This document shows, piece by piece, positions 40,893 through 50,725 of a stretch of 64,000 bases of DNA (position 1 is the first letter of the stretch; every line of letters begins with the position of its first letter). A program made the translations under genes and the position numbers. The stretch is taken from NCBI GenBank assembly GCA_013265495.1, contig MU058584.1, positions 558,001 through 622,000 on the forward strand, read 5' to 3'. The notes beneath the pieces were generated by a model. It saw only the letters and a list, made by a program, of their open reading frames with translations. It searched no databases and had not been told where the DNA came from. Origin of the DNA: Vicugna vicugna (taxonomy: Eukaryota).

Positions 40893-41308
40893 TGGGCTCC
40901 CAGGACAGTTTGCTGGAGATCACCTTCCGCTCTGGAGCCCTGCCCGTGCTCTGTGACCCCACGACCCCGAAGCCGGAGGACCTGCACTCGCCGCCCCTGG
41001 GCGCGGGCTTGGCCGACTTCGCCCACCCAGCGGGCAGCCCCTTAGGTAGGCGCGACTGCTTGGTGAAACTGGAGTGCTTCCGCTTTCTCCCGCCCGAGGA
41101 CACCCCACCCCCTGCTCAGGGCGAGCCGCTGCTTGGCAGCCTGGAGCTCATCAAGTTCCGAGAGTCGGGCATCGCCTCGGAGTATGAGTCCAACACGGAC
41201 GAGAGCGAGGAGCGTGACTCGTGGTCCCAGGAGGAGCTGCCCCGCCTGCTCAACGTCCTGCAGAGGCAGGAGCTGGGCGACAGCCTGGATGATGAGATCG
41301 CCGTGTAG
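40893..41308 (+). CDS. NOS1AP: NOS1AP terminal coding exon (about exon 10) with ExF motif and PDZ ligand EIAV
   Basis: ctccag|TG acceptor completing A|TG. Encodes MGSQDSLLEITFRSG...KLECFRF...DDEIAV, stop TAG at 41306-41308. Confidence 0.96.
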
Positions 41309-42890
41309 GTGTCATGGGGCGAGGAGTCCGAGGCGGTGGCCGAGGTGTGGAGGGGCCGAGTCTGGCTGCTGCCCGGGTAGGGGCTGCCGGCTAATGTGCA
41401 CTGCTGAGGATACCCCGGGGCCCGGGAGCTGACAGTTTCAGAACAGGATTAGGATTCTGCTTTGGAGGGTCAAGTGAGGAAGAAATTGGATTCCCAGAGG
41501 TGAATCAGCTCCTCTCTCCTACTTGTGACTCCTGGGGGTGGGGGCAGGGCCTCTCAGAGCCCATGGCCTTGGGAGGGGGTCCCCCTTGAGGACCACCAGG
41601 CTGCTGAAGGACCTGCTCCCTGCCTGCCTGCCGCGTCAGCCGGCCCCTCCGCTCTGTCGTGTGATGCCCCGGTAGCCCCCTCGCTCTCTGCACGTCTGTG
41701 GTCCCGACTGTGAAGGGAAGCCATCGGTACCTTCTCAGGTACTTTGTGTTTGGATGTCAGGATGCTGCCAGTTGCCTGGCTCTCCCCTAACCTTTGTGGG
41801 AGGAACTCCTCCAGGCCCTTGCAAGATTGTAGAGGTTGAATGCTCTGGGCTATGAAGGACAGGACCGTCCTTTTAGTGTGAGCATGGAATTGGGAAGTGT
41901 CGCACTGGGTAAGCCTTCGGATGAGTTGGATCTGAACATTTTCTCTAGCTGGACGTCAGGTGTTGCTTCAGAGACTAGGAGTTTAATATTGTTCAAGGCC
42001 CTTGCCGTGAAAGAAAGCCCAGGGGACGGACAACCCCTTTGCTGCCACAGATCACTTAGGTCTGATTCCTCAGTGTGGACGCCCTGTCCACCTCCTGCCT
42101 GCAAGCCCAGCTTATCCACGTGGAGGCTGGGAAGCTGCCCCCTTTCTCCTGTGTCCTGCCTCAGGGGCTGTGCCAGCTGAAGCTTTTGTAGCACTCCTGC
42201 CTCTATGAAAGCCTCAGAGACCTGGAGCCCCCAGCCTTACCTCTCAACCTGTTCGCTCCACTGGGCCGTAGTGGTCAGTTTTCACTGCAAAAAAAAAAAA
42301 AAACGAATGCAGGCTGGTAGCTGAGACCGCTCAAGTTCACTCTTCAGAATCACTGCCACTGAAGTCAGGGACCACAGCCATATCACCGTTGCCCCGTCCT
42401 CTGTGGGTGCCTGCCTCTAGCACACCGGTGAACAGTGTCACGTGCAGTTCTCTTTTACCAGCTGGGCCTTGAATAGAGGTTGCCACTTGGTGCAACGGGC
42501 TGACGGGCAGTGAGGGCAAGCTTTCTTGTCCTCTGACTCCAGCAAGGCCAGAAGTGGCTGTTAACAGCTTTAAAGATGCCTGAAGAGAGAGCTGAGACAT
42601 GCTGGTGTTATGTGTTTGGGGAAGTAAGTCTTTATCTTGGACAACAAGCTGCAGATCCAGACTGCAGTATTGTGTGAGGATCAGTTGATAAGGATGCGGT
42701 TGCCCCTGAATGGAGGTCTCCAAGCCTGACGTGGCTTTCTAAAACCTAGAAATCAAAGTGCGGGTCTTTTCTTAGAGCTACGGTTGGATTTCTTCTAGAC
42801 CAGAAAGTCCAAATTAACGGAAGTAAATGCAGCTTTATGTTAGCCTTCCTTGGTGCATTAGGTTGTCAGTGGAATAGGATGGGTGGGTGG

Positions 42891-42934
42891 GTGTATGTGT
42901 GTGTGTGTGTGTGCACGTGTGCGTGCACGTGTGC
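42891..42934. repeat. (GT)n / alternating purine-pyrimidine tract in the NOS1AP 3'UTR
   Basis: gtgtatgtgtgtgtgtgtgtgtgcacgtgtgcgtgcacgtgtgc. Confidence 0.85.
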
Positions 42935-44276
42935 TTGTATAGACACATGTGTAGGGAAGGTGTAGACGTGTGCATAGGCTTGTGAGAAGTGACCAGAGAG
43001 AAGAGAATGGAAATCTCCAGAGTGTTTGAATCAGCAATAGATTTGTGTTGTTTTCCTAATGTGCATTTAATTGGAGAGGAGTGGTTCTGTTTATTTTGTT
43101 ACACTTGCTAATTAATCATTAGAAGTAGGTCCAGATACACGAGGGAAGGAAGGACCACGAAACCAAAGGAGAAAGATCAGGTTTCCAGTTTGGCTGAGCC
43201 CAGCTAACTTAGAAAAACCTAACCCAGGCTTCCTTGAGTGTGGGACCTCTTAGCCCATTAGAATTTTGAGTGTTCAGGAGAGTGGAAGGTCTGGCTTCTC
43301 CGGGCCCACTGCCTACAAGCAGGGGCTGAGGACAGAGGCCGAGGCCAGTGGATTAGGTGACTTGGATTGTGGTAGCAGAGGGCTTGGATGGGGCGGGGAG
43401 AAGAATGGGTGGGGAAGATAGTTTCTAAAAGGGTCTTGAGAAGCACGCAAAGGGAAAGAAGGAAGGAGATGGAGGAGGGGTTGAAGAATTGGAGAGACTG
43501 GTTGTCTGTGCTGCTGACTTGAGACCCTCTCAAGACCCATGCCCTCAGGGTGCTCCACAGTGGTTTCCACCTGCCTCGTCCCCCCTTCCTTTCCCCAGTT
43601 CAAGCCCTCCTGGAGCACTGGTACGTGTGTCGGCATCCTCCTCAGTGTGACCCACACCAGCACACACTTTGGGGTGTGGAGATGGAGGAGACAGAGGCCG
43701 GATCTAGGGGCCATGAAAGGTCACCAGCCACTGGGCAGAAAAGGGGGCATTGCAGACCTGATTTCCGAGCGATGTCACCCTGTCCTCTCTCCTTGCCTCT
43801 TGCTCTGCTAACTCAACTCCTGTGCTCCTCTTTTTCATCCTACTACTCTGCCCTATATGGAGGACAAGTGGACACCAGGGGCACCTCCCTTATGGCACCT
43901 GCCCCAGCCTCTCCCAGGTGCCAGCAGACTCTTGGGCACACCAGGCTCTCACTGTTGTGGGGCCAGGAAAGAATTCCTCTGCACAGAATGGACTATATAT
44001 TGGGATTGAAAATTATATTCCTTATATCCCTGCTTATACCAATGCTGTCTATAAAGCCTCTTCATAGCCTCATTTCTCTTAACTGCTCTTGTTTAGGGGT
44101 TATATTCCTTTTATTTTCTCCTTGCCTGACTGCTACCCCCTGTCCTCCCCTCCAGCCCTCTACGTCCTAAAACTGTGTGGCATTAACTCTGTTGGATCAA
44201 CTCTCTGGGAAAAGATTCTGTTCATGTAAGTGCACTTACTCCCTGGATGTTGTCACTAGTCTAGTGGCTTTTGCTA

Positions 44277-44282
44277 AATAAA
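44277..44282 (+). terminator. NOS1AP: Probable NOS1AP polyadenylation signal (3'UTR about 3 kb)
   Basis: AATAAA followed by T-rich downstream sequence (cctttcttatttctaaaagcttttccattgtcttttcttgc). Confidence 0.7.
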
Positions 44283-44519
44283 CCTTTCTTATTTCTAAAA
44301 GCTTTTCCATTGTCTTTTCTTGCTTCTTCCACTCTACCTGCTCCTTCTCTCCCCCTGACTTCTCGCTACTTCCCAAGCCCAGTGGCATCAGCTCTGTGAC
44401 GCATGGTTCCCAAGGGTGTGTGCTGTTTAGAAAGAACTCACATGTTCCCTCAGGGAGGGGAGGAGCCAGTGCCTTCAGTGGCAGTTTATCCAGACCAGCC
44501 TTGCCAGGATGAGGTTATA

Positions 44520-44720
44520 CCAATGGTTCTTAGCTGGGAGGCGATTTTGCTCCCCCAAAGGATGGAAGTTTGGCGATGTCTGGAGACGCCTTTGATTGTC
44601 ACAACTCAGAAGGATGCTGTTGGCACGTAGTGGTTGGAAGCCAGGGGTGTTGCTAGTACTCTACGATGCACAGAACAGCCCCTACATCAAAGGATTATCC
44701 AGCCTCAGATGTCAGTGGGG
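44520..44720. mobile_element. MER20 (hAT-Charlie) remnant
   Basis: gcgattttgctccccc...tttggcgatgtctggagac...ttgtcacaact...gatgcacagaacagcccc...ttatccagcc. Confidence 0.75.
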
Positions 44721-47029
44721 ACCAGGCTATACCCATTTTTTTTTTTCAGACTCTCCCAAACCCAGGTCTTTTCAGACTCCAAACATCACTGGAATATATT
44801 GACCATGTCAGCAGATTTTGAGTGCTTAAAGAAGTACCTCAGAGATATTTTCAGATATAATTAAGACCATCAGGATTATAGTTTCACTGACTCCTTGACT
44901 CAGTGTCTGAAACACGTAGCTGGTGGGATTCTGAATGGGCCCTTTCCGGGAATGTCCATACCAGAGGCGAAACAGGCTTGGAAGGATCATGGTGTCGTGG
45001 CAGCACGGCTCAGCAGAGGAGCCCTGACTCGCTGAGATATGGGCTTTCCTGCAGGGAGTGGAAGGGGAGGAGGCATGCTGGCGAAGAGGGGTGTTAGAGA
45101 AAGAAATAAGGAGCTGCAGGAACATCATGGAAACCAGAGTACTTTAACCAGAGTGTGTAAGCCATTTTGAAGGAAGAGGTTTTATTAAACCTGAAACCGT
45201 GTTGGGCCCAGGCCTGAAAGAGAGTTTGGAGGGTCAGATCAACCAGGTTCACATGCCCTCTGCCCTTTTCTGGCTGAGCGAATGGAACTGGGCTTTATTT
45301 TATCATCTGTAAAATGGGGATACAGTACACCCCAGAAAGGTATAATGAAGAGTAATTGAGATTGCATTTTAAAAGCACCCAGCAGAGCGCCTGGCAGTGG
45401 CCTGGGGCACACACAAGACAGTTTACCTCCCAGTTAACTGGGAGGGAGAGGCCTTGCCTGTGCTGGTCAGGGCAGTTATGTGCCGGGAACATTTTCTGCT
45501 GTGCTGAGACGTTACTCAGAACCCTGTACTGAGAAAGCTACTGGGGTCATAATGGTGCTACATGGAATGTGAAAGGTGGAAAGTACCTTGTCCTAAGGGA
45601 GCAGACAGTGTCAGCCCCTGCCAGGCCGTGATTAGCACGTGCTGTGGCCCTTGGACTCAGTCCTTGGCCTTTGGCTGGCTTCCCCTCTTTTATGAACTGT
45701 GTTCTGTGCCTGTGATGTGGATGCCCTGGAGGAGGGGGTGAGGCCAGGGGAGTGATTCCTCTCCCGGTTCTCCCACAGACTGAGTTGAGACCATGAGCAG
45801 CCTCCTCCACTCCACCGGTGTCCCCCTTTCTGTACCTCCTCGGGAGCCGTGTCAAGGGGACGCGCGTGCACAGCAACATGTGTTAGGAGAAGCTTTCGAG
45901 GGCTCAGGTGGCTTTTCCATTTAGGGGAACAGGAGTCAGTGAGGACTAAAGACTTGCCGGAGTCGCTCATCTGCCCCCTCAGGGAACAGGGCCCTGGGAG
46001 CAATGGAGTAATGTCAGGGCCGCCTGTAGACCACCCTGCCCCGAGCGGGCGGGCAGGACCCTGCGTGTTCTGGCTCCTGGCCAGCTGGAGCCTGCCTGTC
46101 AGGGAGACTCTGGGACTCCAGCTGGGTGGGAGGAGGGTGGGGAAAGATCAAGGTGAGGAACAGGGGATGGGTGCGGGGCTGGGAGTGGTCTCACAGCGTG
46201 CGCCCGGGATGTGAGGGGCAAATGATATTTAGCAGGACAGTAATAAGTACAAGCACCTCTGCTAAACCAAAAAGTGAGGCTTCAGGAAGACTTGCTGTAT
46301 GACCCCCGGGAGGGTAAGGGGACATCCTCCGCCCCAACCCACTGGCCAGCCCTTGGGGAGGCAGAAATAAGAAGAGGGTTGGTGTCAGGGTCCCTGAAAG
46401 GAAATGCCCCCTCACAGTGAAGTGAACCACTGAGTCATCAGGGAGATGAAATGAGAGGTAAATGAGACCATTAAGCATTAAGCTTTTTTTTTTTAAAACC
46501 GCATAAGGAGCAAAACATATGTCCTTGCTGCATCCCCGATGCTCATCCATGTTCTGGGTCAGAGTTGACTGTGAGGTTTGCTCAGAAATGGAGGAAGAGT
46601 CAGGACTGTCTGCTGGGACACTTCCTGGTGATAGGAAGCAGTGTCTTCACATGTTTACCTGGCCTTCTGACACGACTCAGCAGAGTCATGCAAAGATGTC
46701 CCCTGGGTCAAAAATGATTATGTTCTGCTTCAGCCAGAGGTGTCACTTCCAAGTGAAGGATGGTGGTATAGGTGGTGAGAAGGGGCCTCAGCCCATTTGC
46801 TTGTTTTCTGCCTTATGCACAGGGCATGTTGTCCTCTCTATTCCAGCCCTCAGAAGATCTAACATCTCAGAAGATTTCAAACTGTGTAGAGATCCTGCCA
46901 ATGGGGCCTTCCCCATGCCAATAGGAAAGGGCGTTCAACCCTTCTCCCTCACTGTGAGCTCTCCCCCGATGCGGGGCAAGGACCAGTCACAGAGGGACCA
47001 GCAGGAAGGCCCGGGTTCTCATACTTGAG

Positions 47030-47192
47030 CTGCATCAGAATGACCTGGAGGGCGATTAGAACACAGATGGCCAGGCCCACCCCCAGAGTTTCTGATTCAG
47101 TTGATCTGAGAGGCGTGGGAGAATTTCATTTCTAACAAATTCCCTGGGGATGCTGACATGGCTGGTTTGGGCACCTCCCTTGGAAAACCACC
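47030..47192. mobile_element. MER5A remnant (similar copy near 49375-49510)
   Basis: gcatcagaatgacctggagggc...cccacccccagagtttctgattcag...catttctaacaaattccc...gatgctg. Confidence 0.75.
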
Positions 47193-47375
47193 ATTTTAGG
47201 GGATATTCTCAAACTTCGGTATTGTCTTTGAAAAACAGAAACAGAGAGAGAGAGAGAGGCGGGCCTAGTGTTTCTAGGCCACTATTAGCAGAAGGGGGAA
47301 TGGGATGGGTACCAGGGACTGGGAAGGAAAGGTGGTGCAGGGTGACCTCAGACTGGACGGAAGGCTGTCAGTACC

Positions 47376-47381
47376 TTTATT
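47376..47381 (-). terminator. SPATA46: SPATA46 polyadenylation signal
   Basis: tttatt on + (AATAAA on -), about 90 nt after the stop codon. Confidence 0.75.
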
Positions 47382-47467
47382 GACGTCTCTCTAGAGACAT
47401 AAATAGGCATCGTCCCTTATTTACCTGAAGGGTCCACTAACAAGACAGCTGCCACCAGCCAGCAGGA

Positions 47468-47994
47468 TTACTTGAAAGCCTGACAGCTGCCTGAGGAGAG
47501 CCTGTCCCCCAGCCGGGCCTTCTGCTCCTTGCCCCAGAGGGCTTTGAGCTTGCGGTAGTACACCTTGCAGCTGAAGCCCTCCTTGAAGCCCGCCTTGATG
47601 TGGCTCTTGAGGGAGTGCAGCGTGGGGTACATCCGGCAGCAGGCCACGCACTTGTAGCCGGTCTGCTGGGCAGGGTACCACCTGGAGGCTGCCAGGATGT
47701 CCTGGGAGGTGATGGAGTCTGTGGAGTCCAGGCCGTGCCCGAATTTCTGGGGGGCCTCCTGGGAGCAGGTGTTCTCTGGGGAGGAAGACGACGAGTAGAT
47801 GCTCTCAGCCACGTCCTCGGGGAGGCAGTTGTCCCCCTTGCCCTCGTCCCTCTGCACCTCTGGGAAGCTGTAGGCCTCCAGGTGGCTCTTTTTGTCCTTG
47901 CAGACAAAGTAGCTGTAAGGGGAGAACCAGGGCCGGTAGATGATACAGTTCTGCCTCAGCTGCTCCCCGTTCAGGGGGTCCCCCAACATGCAAT
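47468..47994 (-). CDS. SPATA46: SPATA46 exon 3 (terminal), with a zinc-finger-like Cys/His motif
   Basis: tttgcag|AT acceptor. Encodes (D)CMLGDPLNGEQLRQNCIIYRPWFSPYSYFVC...YKCVACCRMYPTLHSLKSHIKAGFKEGFSCKVYYRKLK...QAFK, stop TAA. Confidence 0.92.
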
Positions 47995-48605
47995 CTGCAA
48001 AGGAAAGGGCTGGGTCTGAGCCTTGGGCCAGGCGGAGCAGTGAGGCTGGGTGGCTGAGGCCATGAGGAGAAGCAGGAGAAGCAGAGAAGTCGGGGGTTAC
48101 CTCTGTCCCACCCTGAGTGCAGTTCTGAGGCATTCTTTCCTGCTGTTTGCTTTTCTACTGGGACAAATGGCAGTCTGATTTCTGGGTAGAGATTCCCCTT
48201 TAATCACTAAGCCTTGGCATTTGTCAGGTGTGTCCCTCCCTGCGGACACCTTTCCTCTGCCTCCTCTCAGGGTAGACACAGCAGCTTAGCAGACAGCCAG
48301 ACCTCTGGCTGCCTGGAGTCCCTCTTTCTGTCACCAATGGTTGCGGCCATTTTTCTGGCCTCACTATCTGCCCGCAGCAGCCCATTCAGGCAGAAGCCGC
48401 TGTTCCACGCCAGCGTGAGAGACAGGAGAGGGGCAGTAGGCCTCCACAAGCCCGCGGCTCTCTGCTAAGAGAAGGACCAGGCGGGAGGCTGCAGGGGGGA
48501 AGGCAGCACGTGGCGATCCCACGCACAGGCGCCCTTCCCCTACGGGAGCAGCCCCTGCCGCCCCAGCCTCGCAGGTGCGCCCACTCACGTCAGAGGAGGC
48601 CACAC

Positions 48606-48708
48606 CTGGTGAGAGCACTGTGTTGTCCACCCCGTGCCGGAGAGTGCTGCTTTGGTACTGGGGTAGCAGGGCTGGATGCCTCAGTGGGTAACACAGTCTT
48701 TGCAATGT
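48606..48708 (-). CDS. SPATA46: SPATA46 exon 2, with an apparent internal frameshift
   Basis: cccag|AC acceptor, CAG|gtgtgg donor. The 5' half reads (D)IAKTVLPTEASS in one frame and the 3' half reads ALLPQYQSSTLRHGVDNTVLSP in another. 103 nt, not a multiple of 3. Confidence 0.85.
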
Positions 48709-49200
48709 CTGGGTTACAGAAGAAACACTGGTGAGCTGAGCAAGGTTGACAGTCCTCTTCTTGGGACCCCTACTCCTCGCCCCCTCTACACAAAACATAC
48801 CTAGGGGTTCAACCTTAGTACTTCAAGACATTGCAGAGCTCACATAAGACAGTGACCTCTCTTGCACCCAGATAAGCAAAGCTATTCTGGATGACCTCCT
48901 GGGGAATTCCAAATGGGCTGGTTTCATTGAGACCTGGAAAAGATCCTCTCCAAAGGAGAATTTAAGATGTGGACCAGGTGACAGCTTTCTGCCTGGCCCG
49001 TCTATCTCTTCACTCTTGCAGCTCTGTGTGTCTGTGTCTTCACTCTGCCTTGCAGACCGTGGGCACTCCCCAGCACTCAAGGGCCCAGGAGAGGGAGTCT
49101 GGTCATGGGCCGCATAGCTGTGTTACATGAGCCCTTTGAGGACGTGAACTGGTTCCTCTGATTGAATCATCTCTCACCCACAGCCAGAGAGTGTTCAGGC

Positions 49201-49241
49201 GGACCCTAGCTGCCTGATGGTGGACCCTAGCTGCCTGATGG
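49201..49241. repeat. Tandem duplication with 21-bp period in SPATA46 intron 1
   Basis: ggaccctagctgcctgatgg t ggaccctagctgcctgatgg. Confidence 0.9.
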
Positions 49242-49932
49242 CTGCTAACACTTGGATTAAAAAACTGACTTGCCTCAAATCCTGGAGCAGTAGCTGTGCT
49301 CAGTTTGGGAAACAGATGTGTGAAAATGTCCTATGTATGGGCACATGGATGTTCAGGGGAACCTACTCCACAGAGCAGTACTTCTCAAACTTTAATGTGC
49401 GCAGGAAGCACCTGGAGCTCTTATTAAAGATGCACATTCTGGTTCAGCAGGTCTGGGGTGGGGCCCCAAGTGATGCTGATGCTGCAGCTCCATGGACCGT
49501 GCTTTGAACATCAAGTCCTGAGGGCATTCAGCTTTATTCCACGATGCACTCATGCTCATCAGTTACCCCACCTCCTCTTAGCTTCCTACTGATGGACTGA
49601 TGTTCTAGTGTAGACGTTCTCCAGCTTGTCAAAACAGGGCTAAAACTAGGACACAGTCCTTACATAGACAGAGTGTCACCTTTAAACTTCATGCAGATTC
49701 AGAGGGGGAAACAACTTGACAATAAATGTTTCCCCCATCCTTCCCTTGTCAGAAATGAATAAATGGCAGGAACGACTCACCATGAATGCAGCATTTTGAA
49801 AAATTACTTTCTCCCCATGTATAACTTGACTTTCTCACTAAATTGTTCTCTGTAGCATGATCTGGTAGAGTACTCAATTAAAAGCTTCGAAAAGAACTAC
49901 ATTTTTGTGGCCCTGGTGGCACCAGAGTTTAC

Positions 49933-50035
49933 CTGGCAAGCTGGTGGCACGTGAGGATATGATACCAGGAAAAGTGCTCAGGACAGAGGAAGAGATTCGA
50001 GGTCCTGAAATGCTGAGGAGTGAGAAGTTCTCCAT
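49933..50035 (-). CDS. SPATA46: SPATA46 (C1orf111) coding exon 1
   Basis: ATG at 50035. Encodes MENFSLLSISGPRISSSVLSTFPGIISSRATSLP, matching the recalled SPATA46 N-terminus. Donor CAG|gtaaac, 103 nt, phase 1. Confidence 0.9.
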
Positions 50036-50459
50036 ATTCTGACTACCGTAGGGCATGGAGATCACACACACACACCTGCTCCCAAGAGAGCATTTGGGTT
50101 GCCCAGACGACAAACATTCTAAGTGCAGTTGACATCACAAGAAGGCCCCATGATTCCACTCACCAGCGAGGTTATCCCTTTCAAAGATGGATGGAGTCTA
50201 TTGCAATATTAAAAATGTTGAAGATCATTTTGACTTGTCATTCATCAGTGGCCTGTCTTGATGGAGAATGCCCAGAGAGGAGGAAGGATAGAGTAGAGAT
50301 GTGACTGTGATGTTATCTGTTTGCCCCTCTGTTCTTTAGTGTCACTTTCTGTCTGTTTCTGTCACCGCCCTCGGCTCTGGCGTCCTCTGTCCTCTCAGAA
50401 TGTCCTCCTTGCTTGGTTTTTCATCTGCCTAACCTCTGCTTTAGTTTCTGGTTTTTTAG

Positions 50460-50725
50460 TTTGGAATATATTTTTTATGTTTTCTTTGGAAATAATTTCA
50501 AACTTATAAAAACTTACAAAAATAACAGTACAGAGAACATCCATGTATCCTGTATCCAGGTTTTCCTGCCATTAACATTTCACTCCATGTACTTTATCAG
50601 CTCCCTCCTCCCTCTGTGTGTATGTGTATACATTTTTTTCCTGAGATATCTGAAGGTAAGTGACAAATACAGTGTCCCCTTGTGCCTAAATATTTCAATG
50701 TACTTCCTAAGACTAGGGACCAGAT
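50460..50725 (-). mobile_element. Old L1M 3' end fragment
   Basis: ttggaaataatttcaaactta...agtacagagaac...cctaaatatttcaatgtacttcctaaga. Confidence 0.55.

Noticed and set aside
43550..44170. 206-aa ORF
   Set aside because: It lies in the NOS1AP 3'UTR, starts at GTG and has no recognisable protein features.
47995..48133. N-terminal part of the 221-aa minus-strand ORF
   Set aside because: It is intronic read-through upstream of the SPATA46 exon-3 acceptor.
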